Source: Caballeronia pedi (GTDB lineage: Bacteria; Pseudomonadota; Gammaproteobacteria; Burkholderiales; Burkholderiaceae). From it: a DNA stretch of 30,000 nt. Shown here piece by piece: positions 16,801 to 25,862 of the stretch (its first letter is position 1; the number at the start of each line of letters is the position of its first letter). The position numbers and the translations under genes were made by a program. The notes below the pieces were generated by a model, which was not told where the DNA came from, searched no databases, and saw nothing but the letters and a program-made list of their open reading frames with translations. Location of the stretch: NCBI RefSeq assembly GCF_001544915.2, contig NZ_FCOE02000043.1:1-30000 (forward strand), given 5' to 3'.

Positions 16801-17228
16801 TAATCCTCGGTGTAGTAGCAGTCGCCCGTCTGCCGGCGCGGTCCGCCGCACACGATGCGGCGCTGCCCGCGATCCGTCGAACCGGGCGTGCGAACCGTAT
16901 ATGCGTGGTAATAGCCGCGCGGATGCTGCGGCAGCAGTGTCGAGCTGTTGCGGAACAGGACGCCGTCCTCGCCAAACGGGTACGGGCCGCCCGCTTTGAT
17001 CAGACGCAGCGTTTCGGTTGCCTCCGCCGGCAACTTCGCCCGGGTGACTGTGGCGAGCACGCCCGACGCGGCGGGTGGCTCGCTCGCGGCCTGGCTCAGC
17101 TGGCCCGCCGCCTGACTCGCGGCGGATGCGCCCGTGTCCTGAGCAGCAGTAGGCGATTTGTTCTTGTCGCATCCGCCGAGGAGAGCGCTCAAGACGAAGA
17201 TGCAGGTGAAAACGCGTGCCGGTTTCAC
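16770..17228 (-). CDS. Lipoprotein of the barnase/RNase Sa (N1/T1) ribonuclease family, apparently lacking catalytic residues
   Basis: 152 aa with a GTG start after a GGAGAC RBS. Signal peptide with lipobox LLGG-C, followed by an Ala/Ser/Gln-rich linker. The C-terminal domain aligns by eye with RNase Sa (LPAEATETLRLIKAGGPYPFGEDGVLF...GYYHAYTVRTPG...RGQRRIV...YYTEDYYASFKRI). Confidence 0.8.
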   Translation of the reverse strand: MKPARVFTCIFVLSALLGGCDKNKSPTAAQDTGASAASQAAGQLSQAASEPPAASGVLATVTRAKLPAEATETLRLIKAGGPYPFGEDGVLFRNSSTLLPQHPRGYYHAYTVRTPGSTDRGQRRIVCGGPRRQTGDCYYTEDYYASFKRIAE

Positions 17229-17321
17229 GAGATGGTTGTCTCCACGTTGACCTGCATCCGACGATCACGAACGATTCAGGGTATCGCTAATGGCAAGGCG
17301 AATCAACGTTTCGACGCCGAC

Positions 17322-17360
17322 AAAAAAATGGCGCCGCAGGCATTCAGCTTGCGGCGCCAT
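17322..17360 (-). terminator. Rho-independent terminator of acnB
   Basis: The minus-strand RNA reads AUGGCGCCGCA-AGCUGAAUGCC-UGCGGCGCCAU followed by UUUUUUU. The structure begins about 30 nt after the acnB stop codon. Confidence 0.8.
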
Positions 17361-17391
17361 CGCATGACGATGTTGAGAACCGACAGCGTCC

Positions 17392-19977
17392 TTACATCTT
17401 CACGGTATCGGCCACTTCCTTGAAGTCTTCGATGCGGTCGAAGTTCATGTACTGGTAAATCTTGTCGCTGTTGGCGTCGAGCACGCCGATGTCGGCCATG
17501 TATTCGGCCTTGCTCGGAATCTTGCCCAGCCGCGAGCAGATCGCCGCCAGTTCCGCCGAGCCGAGGTACACGTTCGTGTTCTTGCCCAGGCGGTTCGGGA
17601 AGTTGCGGGTCGAGGTCGACATGACCGTCGCGCCTTCGCGCACCTGTGCCTGGTTGCCCATGCACAGCGAGCAGCCCGGCATTTCGGTACGCGCGCCGGC
17701 CGTGCCGAACACGCCGTAGTGGCCTTCCTCGGTCAGCTGCTTCTGATCCATCTTCGTCGGCGGAGCGACCCACAGCTTGACGGGGATGTCGCGCTTGCCT
17801 TCCAGCAGCTTCGACGCGGCACGGAAGTGACCGATGTTGGTCATGCACGAACCGATGAACACTTCGTCGATCTTGGCGCCGGCCACGTCCGACAGCGTCT
17901 TCACGTCGTCCGGATCATTCGGGCAGGCCACGATCGGCTCGTGAATATCAGCGAGGTCGATCTCGATGACGGCTGCGTACTCGGCGTCTGCATCCGGCGA
18001 CAGCAATTGCGGGTCGGCGAGCCACTGTTCCATCGCCTCGATGCGGCGCTGCAGGCTGCGCGGATCCTGATAGCCCTGGGCGATCATCCACTTCAGCAGC
18101 GTGACGTTGCTGTTGAGATATTCGATGATCGGTTCCTTGTTCAGATGGACCGTGCATCCGGCGGCCGAACGCTCGGCCGAAGCATCCGACAATTCGAACG
18201 CTTGCTCGACCTTCAGGTCGGGCAGGCCTTCGATTTCGAGCACGCGGCCCGAGAAGATGTTCTTCTTGCCTTGCTTGGCAACCGTCAGCATGCCCTGCTT
18301 GATCGCGTACAGCGGGATTGCGTTGACCAGATCGCGCAGGGTCACGCCCGGCTGCATCTTGCCCTTGAAGCGGACCAGCACCGATTCAGGCATGTCCAGC
18401 GGCATGGTGCCCGTGGCGGCCGCGAAGGCGACCAGGCCCGAACCCGCCGGAAAGCTGATGCCGATCGGGAAGCGCGTGTGCGAGTCGCCGCCGGTGCCGA
18501 CGGTGTCGGGCAGCAGCATGCGGTTCAGCCACGAGTGGATCACGCCGTCGCCCGGGCGCAGCGCGATGCCGCCACGGGTGCTGATGAAGTTCGGCAGGGT
18601 CTGGTGGGTCTTCACGTCCACCGGCTTCGGATAAGCGGCCGTATGGCAGAACGACTGCATGACGAGATCGGCCGAGAAGCCCAGGCACGCCAGGTCCTTC
18701 AGTTCGTCGCGGGTCATCGGGCCGGTGGTGTCCTGCGAGCCGACCGAGGTCATCTTCGGTTCGCAGTACGTGCCCGGACGCACGCCCTGACCTTCCGGCA
18801 GGCCGCAGGCGCGGCCGACCATCTTCTGGGCCAGCGAGAAGCCACGGCCGTTGTCGGCGGGTTGCTGCGGCAGGCGGAACAGGGTCGATGCAGGCAGGCC
18901 CAGCGCTTCGCGCGCCTTCGCGGTCAGCCCGCGGCCGATGATCAGCGGAATGCGGCCGCCGGCGCGCACTTCGTCGAACAACACGTCGGACTTGACCTGG
19001 AATTCGGCGATCACTTCGCCGTTCTTCAGCGCGCGGCCTTCGTACGGGCGCAGTTCGACCACGTCGCCCATTTCCATCTTCGAGACATCGAGTTCGATCG
19101 GCAGGGCGCCCGCGTCTTCCATGGTGTTGTAGAAGATCGGGGCGATCTTGCCGCCCAGGCACACGCCGCCGAAGCGCTTGTTCGGGATGAACGGAATGTC
19201 CTCGCCCGTGAACCACAGCACCGAATTGGTGGCCGACTTGCGCGAGGAACCGGTGCCGACCACATCGCCTACATACGCGACCAGGTGACCCTTTTCCTTC
19301 AGCGACTCGATGAACGCGACAGGCCCACGCTTGCCGTCTTCTTCCGGCGTGATGCCGGGACGGGCGTTCTTCAGCATCGCCAGCGCGTGCAGCGGAATAT
19401 CCGGGCGCGTGGTGGCGTCCGGGGCCGGCGACAGGTCGTCGGTGTTGGTTTCGCCCGTCACCTTGAAGACGGTGATGGTCAGGCTTTGCGGCACTTCCGG
19501 ACGGCTCGTGAACCATTCGGCGTCCGCCCAGCTTTGCAGCACGGCGCGCGCGTTGGCGTTGCCCGCGTCGGCCAGTTCCTTCACGTCGTGGAACTGGTCG
19601 AACATCAGGAGGGTTTTCTTGAGCGCTTCGGCGGCCACGGCGCCGACTTCGGCGTCGGACAGCAGCTCGATCAGCGGCTCGATGTTGTAACCGCCGAGCA
19701 TGGTGCCGAGCAGTTCGGTGGCGCGGGCGCGCGTAATCAGTGCGCAGGCCGTCTGACCCTTGGCCACGGCGGCGAGAAAGCCGGCCTTGACGCGGGCGGC
19801 TTCGTCCACGCCCGCGGGCACGCGGTTGGTGATCAGGTCGAGCAGCGTCTGCTCTTCACCGGCGGGCGGATTCGCCAGCAGTTCCACCAGCTCGGCGGTT
19901 TGCTGAGCCGACAGCGGCAGGGAAGGAATACCGAGCGCGGCGCGCGCGGCTGTATGGGCGCGAAAGTTTTCGAGCAT
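17392..19977 (-). CDS. acnB: Aconitate hydratase B / 2-methylisocitrate dehydratase
   Basis: 861 aa, colinear with AcnB throughout, from the N-terminal [22 protein letters not shown] to the C-terminal Fe-S ligand region ([14 protein letters not shown]). Confidence 0.95.
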   Translation of the reverse strand: MLENFRAHTAARAALGIPSLPLSAQQTAELVELLANPPAGEEQTLLDLITNRVPAGVDEAARVKAGFLAAVAKGQTACALITRARATELLGTMLGGYNIEPLIELLSDAEVGAVAAEALKKTLLMFDQFHDVKELADAGNANARAVLQSWADAEWFTSRPEVPQSLTITVFKVTGETNTDDLSPAPDATTRPDIPLHALAMLKNARPGITPEEDGKRGPVAFIESLKEKGHLVAYVGDVVGTGSSRKSATNSVLWFTGEDIPFIPNKRFGGVCLGGKIAPIFYNTMEDAGALPIELDVSKMEMGDVVELRPYEGRALKNGEVIAEFQVKSDVLFDEVRAGGRIPLIIGRGLTAKAREALGLPASTLFRLPQQPADNGRGFSLAQKMVGRACGLPEGQGVRPGTYCEPKMTSVGSQDTTGPMTRDELKDLACLGFSADLVMQSFCHTAAYPKPVDVKTHQTLPNFISTRGGIALRPGDGVIHSWLNRMLLPDTVGTGGDSHTRFPIGISFPAGSGLVAFAAATGTMPLDMPESVLVRFKGKMQPGVTLRDLVNAIPLYAIKQGMLTVAKQGKKNIFSGRVLEIEGLPDLKVEQAFELSDASAERSAAGCTVHLNKEPIIEYLNSNVTLLKWMIAQGYQDPRSLQRRIEAMEQWLADPQLLSPDADAEYAAVIEIDLADIHEPIVACPNDPDDVKTLSDVAGAKIDEVFIGSCMTNIGHFRAASKLLEGKRDIPVKLWVAPPTKMDQKQLTEEGHYGVFGTAGARTEMPGCSLCMGNQAQVREGATVMSTSTRNFPNRLGKNTNVYLGSAELAAICSRLGKIPSKAEYMADIGVLDANSDKIYQYMNFDRIEDFKEVADTVKM

Positions 19978-20049
19978 GGTGACCGTTCGTATTGCGTTTC
20001 AGGGGCTTTCCAAACGTGCCGAGGGTGTTCTGGCACTGCTTCGGCCGCC

Positions 20050-20078
20050 ATTTTAATCGCAATACTGCACCGCGTCAA
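20050..20078 (-). promoter_or_regulatory. Putative sigma70 promoter of acnB (TTGACG-N17-TAAAAT)
   Basis: On the minus strand, -35 TTGACG lies at 20078-20073, followed by a 17-nt spacer and -10 TAAAAT at 20055-20050. The implied 5' UTR is about 65 nt. Confidence 0.55.
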
Positions 20079-20080
20079 AT

Positions 20081-20101
20081 GTCTTATGTCTTATGTCTTA
20101 T
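20081..20101. repeat. Three perfect tandem heptamers (GTCTTAT x3; ATAAGAC on the acnB strand) immediately upstream of the acnB -35 element
   Basis: Read directly from the sequence: gtcttat gtcttat gtcttat at 20081-20087, 20088-20094 and 20095-20101. Confidence 0.9.
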
Positions 20102-20155
20102 ATAAGAGTTGATGGCGAAAAGTTTGCCCAGTGATGATGGGCAGTCGATGTTCCC

Positions 20156-20180
20156 GTGCGCCGCCCCGTAGGCGGCGCAC
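20156..20180 (-). terminator. GC-rich stem-loop 5 nt downstream of the ketopantoate-reductase-like gene (possible terminator, no U tract)
   Basis: GTGCGCCGCC-ccgta-GGCGGCGCAC, a perfect 10-bp stem. A second, weaker hairpin (TGCCCA-N7-TGGGCA) at about 20125-20143 is followed on the minus strand by AAACUUUUCG. Confidence 0.4.
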
Positions 20181-20185
20181 GTCTG

Positions 20186-21202
20186 TCAGGCCGTTTCCAC
20201 TACGGGCGTCGGATTTTCGGCTGGCCGGGCCGTGTGCTCAGCTACCTGTCCCCGCAGCTTGATGAGCGCCAGCACGGTATCGATCGTCGGTGTCGGCTGG
20301 CCGACGAGTCGCCCCATCTCCTGGACGACGGTGAGGAGCGGATCGATCTCCATCGGCCGGTTGGCTTCGAGATCCTGGAGCATCGACGTCTTATGCGCAC
20401 CGACCGCGCCCGCGCCGTCGATACGCCTTTCGACGTCGACCCGAAACTGCACGCCAAACTGATCGGCGATTGCCTTGGCCTCCAGCATCATGGCCTTCGA
20501 CACGGCGCGCGTAGCCGGGTTGCTCGTGATGACATCGAGGGTTGCATGCGTCAATGCGCTGATCGGGTTGAAGCAGAGATTGCCCCAGAGCTTCAGCCAG
20601 ATTTCATCGCGGATACGCTCGCGGATGGGCGCATCCAGACCCGCTGCGCTCATGATTTCATGCAGCTTCTGAACGCGCTCGCTGCGCTCTCCATCGGGTT
20701 CGCCGATGGGGAATTTCTTTCCATACACATGGCGGATCACGCCCGGCGCGACGACTTCCGCCGCCGGGTACACCACGCATCCGATCGCGCGCTCCGGTCC
20801 GAGCGCGCTCCATTGCGTTCCATCGGGATCGACGCTGTCGAGCGTGGTGCCTTCCAGTTTTCCGCCGTGTTTATAAAAGTACCAATAGGGAATCCCGTTG
20901 ACGGCCGTGACGATCGCCGTGTCCGGCCCGAGCAGGGTCCGTATCTGGCCGACGACACCCGGCACCGAATGCGCCTTCAACGCGACGATCACGTAATCCT
21001 GCTGGCCCAGCTCGCGCGGGTCCGATGCGCATCGGACCTTGACGACACGTTCCTCGCCCTCGATTTGCAGCCGTACGCCTTTTTCCTGCATGGCAGCGAG
21101 GTGCGGACCGCGTGCAACGAAACTCACGTCGCCACCGGCGAGCGCCAGTTGCGCGCCGAGATATGCGCCGATTGCACCGGCGCCATAGACACAGATCTTC
21201 AT
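20186..21202 (-). CDS. 2-dehydropantoate 2-reductase-family (ApbA/PanE) NADPH-dependent oxidoreductase
   Basis: ORF 20186..21208. N-terminal motif MKICVYGAGAIGAYLGAQLA. I chose the ATG at 21200-21202 because a GGAGCG RBS lies within the last pntB codons. The GTG at 21206-21208 directly abuts the pntB stop. Confidence 0.85.
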   Translation of the reverse strand: MKICVYGAGAIGAYLGAQLALAGGDVSFVARGPHLAAMQEKGVRLQIEGEERVVKVRCASDPRELGQQDYVIVALKAHSVPGVVGQIRTLLGPDTAIVTAVNGIPYWYFYKHGGKLEGTTLDSVDPDGTQWSALGPERAIGCVVYPAAEVVAPGVIRHVYGKKFPIGEPDGERSERVQKLHEIMSAAGLDAPIRERIRDEIWLKLWGNLCFNPISALTHATLDVITSNPATRAVSKAMMLEAKAIADQFGVQFRVDVERRIDGAGAVGAHKTSMLQDLEANRPMEIDPLLTVVQEMGRLVGQPTPTIDTVLALIKLRGQVAEHTARPAENPTPVVETA

Positions 21203-21208
21203 GGTCAC

Positions 21209-22606
21209 TCACGCTCCAAGATGATTGAGCAGCGCATCGACACTGCCTTTCGCATCGCCGAACAGCATGCGCGTGTTTTCCTTGTAGAAAAGCGGGTTGT
21301 CGACACCCGCATAGCCCGCCGCCATGCTTCGCTTGGACACGACCACGGTGCGCGCCTTCCACACTTCGAGCACCGGCATGCCGGCAATCGGACTGGCCGG
21401 ATCTTCGAGCGCGCCGGGATTCACGATATCGTTCGCCCCGATCACGAGCACGACATCCGTGCTGGAAAAGTCCTCGTTGATTTCATCCATTTCGAGGACG
21501 ATGTCATACGGCACCTTCGCCTCCGCCAGCAATACGTTCATGTGCCCCGGCAAGCGGCCCGCCACCGGATGAATGCCGAAGCGCACCTTCACGCCCTTGC
21601 TGCGCAGGTTCTTCGTGATCTCGCTGATGGTCGCCTGAGCCTGTGCAACAGCCATGCCGTAGCCCGGCACGATGACGACTTCCGACGCATCGCGCAACAA
21701 CGCGCCGACTTCATCGACCGTGACCGGCGCGACTTCTCCCTCGATCGCCTTTCCTGCCGTTGACGTCACCGTGCCGAAGCCGCCCAGAATCACGGAGAGA
21801 AATTTGCGGTTCATCGCGCGGCACATGATGTAGCTCAGAATCGCCCCGCTGGAGCCGACCAGCGCGCCGGTCACGATCAACAGATCGTTGCTGAGCATGA
21901 AGCCGGTCGCGGCGGCAGCCCAGCCCGAGTAGCTGTTCAGCATCGACACGACCACCGGCATGTCCGCGCCGCCGATCGCCATTACCAGATGCACGCCGAG
22001 CAGCGCGGCGATCGCGGTCATCGTGAGCAGCGCGCTGATGCCGACATCCGCGTCGGGCGCAGTGAGGAACACATAGCCGAGCGCAAGACACGCGAACACG
22101 CCGACGAGATTCAGCGTGTGCCGCATCGGCAGCAGCAAGGGCTTGCCGCCGACGATGCCCTGCAGCTTGAGAAATGCGGCGATGGATCCCGTGAATGTCA
22201 CCGCGCCGATGAACACGCCGAGATAGATCTCGACTTCGTGCACCGATTGCGCCACGCTGTCCGGCTCCGCGCCGGACCCCGGCGACAGATAGCTCGCGAT
22301 GGCGACCAGCACCGCCGCCAGCCCCACGAAGCTATGCAATGCCGCGACGAGTTGCGGCATCTGCGTCATCTCGACGCGTCGTGCGAGCAGCGCGCCGCCC
22401 GCCACGCCGATCGCCATCAGCACGATGACGACCGGCAGCGCCGCGCCACCGTTGAGCCATAGCGTCGTGACGATCGCGATGGCCATGCCGGCGACGCCGC
22501 AGAGATTGCCGCGCCGCGCCGTCGCCGGATGACTGAGCCCGCGCAGGCTCAGGATGAACAGCACGCTCGCCACCAGATAGGCGATGCTTCCGATTCCAGT
22601 TTGCAT
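21209..22606 (-). CDS. pntB: NAD(P) transhydrogenase subunit beta
   Basis: 465 aa. N-terminal membrane domain plus C-terminal NADP(H)-binding domain ([20 protein letters not shown]), colinear with E. coli PntB. Confidence 0.95.
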   Translation of the reverse strand: MQTGIGSIAYLVASVLFILSLRGLSHPATARRGNLCGVAGMAIAIVTTLWLNGGAALPVVIVLMAIGVAGGALLARRVEMTQMPQLVAALHSFVGLAAVLVAIASYLSPGSGAEPDSVAQSVHEVEIYLGVFIGAVTFTGSIAAFLKLQGIVGGKPLLLPMRHTLNLVGVFACLALGYVFLTAPDADVGISALLTMTAIAALLGVHLVMAIGGADMPVVVSMLNSYSGWAAAATGFMLSNDLLIVTGALVGSSGAILSYIMCRAMNRKFLSVILGGFGTVTSTAGKAIEGEVAPVTVDEVGALLRDASEVVIVPGYGMAVAQAQATISEITKNLRSKGVKVRFGIHPVAGRLPGHMNVLLAEAKVPYDIVLEMDEINEDFSSTDVVLVIGANDIVNPGALEDPASPIAGMPVLEVWKARTVVVSKRSMAAGYAGVDNPLFYKENTRMLFGDAKGSVDALLNHLGA

Positions 22607-22616
22607 GTCGATCTCC

Positions 22617-24176
22617 TTAGCGCTGGAACATGTTCAACATGCGTTGAGTGACGAGAAAGCCGCCAGCGATATTGATGGTCGCGATCAGAATCGCCAGGCC
22701 GGAAAGAATCGCGACCAGGTTATTCGGCGTGCCGACCTGCAACAGCGCGCCCGTCACGATGATGCCGCTGACCGCGTTGGTCACGCTCATCAGCGGTGTG
22801 TGCAGTGCGGGCGTCACGTTCCATACGACCTGATAGCCGACGAAGATCGCCAGCACGAACACGGTGAAGTGTGCGACGAACTCAGGCGGAGCAACGGCGC
22901 CCAATGCCGCGAGCAATACGGCTGCAACAACGAGCCCGGCCACGCCGATCCATCCCGCGCGGCGCTTCTGTTCGACCGTCGCGGCAATCGTCGTGGCGGG
23001 CTTCGCGGCGGCGGTAGGCGCAACCGCAGGCGCGGCCTTCCTCGGCATCGGCCACCGCACCTGGCCGCGCAGCACCACGGCCACGCCGCCGATTACTTCG
23101 TCATCCGTATCGATCACGATTTCGCCGTTCTTCTGCGGCGTCAGATCGGTCAGAAGATGCCGCAGATTCGTGCCGTACAACTGGCTCGATTGCGTCGCCA
23201 TGCGCGATGGCAGATCCGTATAACCGACGATCGTGACGCCCTCCACGGATGCCGCATAGCCCGGCTGCGTCAGCTCGCAATTGCCGCCCTGCTCCGCCGC
23301 CATATCGACGATCACGCTGCCCTGGCGCATGCTGCGTACCATATCGGCGGTGATCAGTCTGGGCGCGGGCTTGCCCGGAATTAGCGCGGTCGTCACGATG
23401 ATGTCGACCTCCTTCGCCTGCGCGGCGAACAGCGCCATTTCCGCGGCGATGAATTCCGCGCTCATCTCTTTCGCGTAGCCGCCGCTGCCGCTGCCGTCTT
23501 CCACATAATCGAGTTCGAGAAACTCCGCGCCCATGCTCTCGACCTGCTGCCGCACTTCGGGCCGCGTGTCGAATGCACGGACGATCGCGCCGAGACTGCG
23601 CGCCGCGCCGATCGCCGCGAGTCCCGCCACGCCCGCGCCGATCACCATCACTTTCGCCGGGGCGATCTTGCCTGCCGCCGTGATCTGTCCCATGAAGCCA
23701 CGGCCGAACTGGTGCGCAGCTTCGATGACCGCGCGATAGCCCGCCATATTGGCCATCGAACTCAATGCATCGAGCTTTTGCGCGCGCGAGATGCGCGGCA
23801 CGCAGTCCATCGCGAGCGCGGTGACGTTGCGTGCGGCGAGACGCGCCAGCAGCGTTTCGTTCTGCGCCGGCCAGACAAAGCTGATCAGCGTCGATCCTTC
23901 GCGCAACCACACGACTTCATCGGCCGCAGGTTCGATGGAAGGCGCGCGCACTTTCACGACGATATCCGCGCCCGCATAGAGCGACGGCGCGTCCTGCGCG
24001 ATATGCGCACCGGCGGCGCGATAGGCGTCATCGGAAAATGCGGCAAGTTCACCCGCGCCGGTCTCGACGGTCACTTCGAAACCGAGCTTCAGCAGATGTC
24101 CGACTACTTCGGGCGTCAAGGCGACGCGACGTTCCCCGGGATAACGCTCCCGTGGCACTGCAATCATCATTGGCAT
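22617..24176 (-). CDS. pntA: NAD(P) transhydrogenase subunit alpha (unsplit form with C-terminal transmembrane helices)
   Basis: 519 aa. N-terminal alanine-dehydrogenase/PNT domain ([36 protein letters not shown]) and a hydrophobic C-terminus. The exact start (M1, M3 or M4) is uncertain. Confidence 0.9.
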   Translation of the reverse strand: MPMMIAVPRERYPGERRVALTPEVVGHLLKLGFEVTVETGAGELAAFSDDAYRAAGAHIAQDAPSLYAGADIVVKVRAPSIEPAADEVVWLREGSTLISFVWPAQNETLLARLAARNVTALAMDCVPRISRAQKLDALSSMANMAGYRAVIEAAHQFGRGFMGQITAAGKIAPAKVMVIGAGVAGLAAIGAARSLGAIVRAFDTRPEVRQQVESMGAEFLELDYVEDGSGSGGYAKEMSAEFIAAEMALFAAQAKEVDIIVTTALIPGKPAPRLITADMVRSMRQGSVIVDMAAEQGGNCELTQPGYAASVEGVTIVGYTDLPSRMATQSSQLYGTNLRHLLTDLTPQKNGEIVIDTDDEVIGGVAVVLRGQVRWPMPRKAAPAVAPTAAAKPATTIAATVEQKRRAGWIGVAGLVVAAVLLAALGAVAPPEFVAHFTVFVLAIFVGYQVVWNVTPALHTPLMSVTNAVSGIIVTGALLQVGTPNNLVAILSGLAILIATINIAGGFLVTQRMLNMFQR

Positions 24177-24233
24177 GACTAAATTCCCAATCGACGGTTT
24201 GAAATTCTGAGTGGCGCGCGCCTGAGAGAAGCC

Positions 24234-25043
24234 TTAGCGTGCTTCAACCGTCGCGAGTACTTCCGACACGTGGTTCGTCAGTCTGCCGATGCCTTCGATC
24301 GAAACCTCGACCGTCGCGCCATCGCGCATCGAACCCACGCCGAGCGACGTGCCGCACGCGATCACGTCGCCTGGCAGCAAGGTCATGTCGCGGGAAATGC
24401 GGCTCACCTGTTCCAGCGGTGAAAACGCCATGTCGGCCAGCGGATAGTTTTGACGTTCGACGCCGTCGAGCGTGGTGACGACGTGGGTGTTTTCCCAGTC
24501 GAGTCCGGTCGCGATCGCCGGTCCGATGCAACCGAACGTGTCATAGCCTTTCGCGCGACACCATTGCGCAAAGTTCGCGTCTTCGAACAAGAGATCCGCG
24601 GCGGTGACATCGTTGACGCACGTATAGCCGAACACGTAAGCAGCGGCTTCTTCGACGCTTACATTGCTGCACCGTTTGCCGATCACGATCCCGAGCTCGC
24701 CTTCGTAGACGATCTTGCCGTCGTATGCGGCGGGACGCTGAATCGTGTCGCCGGGCCCGGCGAGCGTCGTCGACGGTTTGATCAGAAACAGCGGATGTTT
24801 GGGCAGCGGCTTGCCGAGCTTCGCGGAGAGCGCATGAAAGTTGTTCCATAACGCGACGATCCGGCTCGGCACGCACGGACTCGTCAGCGAAACGTCTTCG
24901 AGGCCGAATGTGCGTCCTGTCCGACTTGGCGAGGCGAACATGTCGCCTTCGTATTCGATCACGCGCCCCTCGTCGAGCAGGCCAAAACCGGCGCGGCCGT
25001 TATTCTTGCCCGTCGTGTGCGTATAGCGGATCCACAAGCTCAT
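24234..25043 (-). CDS. Fumarylacetoacetate hydrolase-family protein (hydratase, decarboxylase or isomerase; substrate unknown)
   Basis: 269 aa. The pattern PLFLIKPSTTLAGPGDTI...YEGELGIVIGK...GYTCVNDVTA is typical of FAH/HpcE-type domains. GGGAGAA RBS upstream. Confidence 0.85.
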   Translation of the reverse strand: MSLWIRYTHTTGKNNGRAGFGLLDEGRVIEYEGDMFASPSRTGRTFGLEDVSLTSPCVPSRIVALWNNFHALSAKLGKPLPKHPLFLIKPSTTLAGPGDTIQRPAAYDGKIVYEGELGIVIGKRCSNVSVEEAAAYVFGYTCVNDVTAADLLFEDANFAQWCRAKGYDTFGCIGPAIATGLDWENTHVVTTLDGVERQNYPLADMAFSPLEQVSRISRDMTLLPGDVIACGTSLGVGSMRDGATVEVSIEGIGRLTNHVSEVLATVEAR

Positions 25044-25178
25044 TTTGTTTTCTCCCGATGTCGCAAGACCTTTCGCGCTGCACGCGCGCAGCCGCCTGCG
25101 CCCCGCGTCAGCAAAGCTGGCGCAAGGTACGAATAGTTGTCGATTTCTGGTCGGTCAGCCGCGAACGCGGGCGTCGTC

Positions 25179-25208
25179 GAAGCGGCCGGTGGGATGGGTG
25201 GCCGCTTC
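25179..25208 (-). other. 9-bp GC-rich stem-loop between the PAS gene and the FAH gene (possible weak terminator or REP-like element)
   Basis: GAAGCGGCC-N12-GGCCGCTTC, about 80 nt downstream of the PAS stop codon. No U tract on either strand. Confidence 0.3.
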
Positions 25209-25287
25209 CTCCTCTACAGCTTCGTCCGTGCGCTTGGTGGTGCGCAGACGCGAGCTGCTGTTTTATGTTCTTTGTATCGATGAATTC

Positions 25288-25719
25288 TCAAGCGGGGGTC
25301 TTTGCCTCCAGCTCGGCGATCCTCTTGCGCAGCGCACGATCTTCCTGAAAGCGCGCGGTTTCATCGCGAATGATCGCGACAATGCCGGTCACTTCACCTT
25401 GCGGCGAGCGCAACAGCGCGACCGTGAACGCTATCGACATCGCGCGTCCGGCTTTATCGACGGCGGGCACCTTGAGCAGATCGTGGCCATAACGCGTCTC
25501 GCCGGTCGCCATCGTCTTCTGGTAGCCGTCCCAATGACGGCCGCGCAGACGTTCCGGAATGATCAGATCCAGCGACTGTCCCATTGCTTCGCTTTCGGTA
25601 AAGCCGAACATGCGTTCCGCAGCCGGATTCCATAGCGTGATCGCACCGCTCGCATCCGAAATGATCACGGCATCGCCAATTGCATTGACGAGCTGTTCGT
25701 AGTCGATGGTGTCGGTCAT
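25288..25719 (-). CDS. Stand-alone PAS-domain protein (143 aa, no output domain, C-terminal helical tail)
   Basis: The region GDAVIISDASGAITLWNPAAERMFGFTESEAMGQSLDLIIPERLRGRHWDGY is a classic PAS S-box. It ends in the probable coiled-coil ARFQEDRALRKRIAELEA. Confidence 0.8.
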   Translation of the reverse strand: MTDTIDYEQLVNAIGDAVIISDASGAITLWNPAAERMFGFTESEAMGQSLDLIIPERLRGRHWDGYQKTMATGETRYGHDLLKVPAVDKAGRAMSIAFTVALLRSPQGEVTGIVAIIRDETARFQEDRALRKRIAELEAKTPA

Positions 25720-25789
25720 GATGTCGTCCGGATCGTGGGGTAACGATGCAGCTTACGCTTGAAAGCGATCTAGTATTTATCGAGGGGAC

Positions 25790-25832
25790 GCTGCCGTTCT
25801 ACCGTCTTCCTGTCAAGACGGCAGAGGGCAGC
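25790..25832 (-). terminator. Compound stem-loop downstream of frc (possible terminator or processing site, alternative pairings possible)
   Basis: Outer stem GCTGCC/GGCAGC (25790-25795 with 25827-25832) and inner stem CCGTCTT/AAGACGG (25802-25808 with 25815-25821). CTGCCG (25791-25796) could pair instead with CGGCAG (25819-25824). No U tract. Confidence 0.35.
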
Positions 25833-25862
25833 GATCACCCTTTACCTGCCAATATAACCGCG

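Noticed and set aside
20081-20101. The heptamer repeat as a phase-variation (slipped-strand) switch.
   Set aside because: Only three copies are present, too few for appreciable slippage rates. I kept it as a possible promoter-proximal element.
17719-20112. 797-aa plus-strand ORF antisense to acnB. Analogous ORFs are 14556..16268 (minus strand), 20156..21763, 25746..27230 and 27166..28902.
   Set aside because: Same reasoning: these are shadow ORFs opposite well-supported genes (acnB, the TIM/Gfo genes, the KPR-like gene and pntB, frc, oxc) and they encode low-complexity products.
24213-24222. GGCGCGCGCC palindrome flanked by CTGAG direct repeats, between the FAH stop and the pntA start. A similar GC palindrome, TGCGCGCGCA, lies at about 9813-9822 between the convergent tetR and CoA-transferase genes.
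   Set aside because: These are self-complementary sequences with no loop and no U tract, too short to call as terminators or binding sites. They are common in GC-rich genomes.
25288-25719. The PAS protein as a short LOV (flavin) photoreceptor.
   Set aside because: The LOV signature GxNCRFLQ with the adduct-forming Cys is absent.
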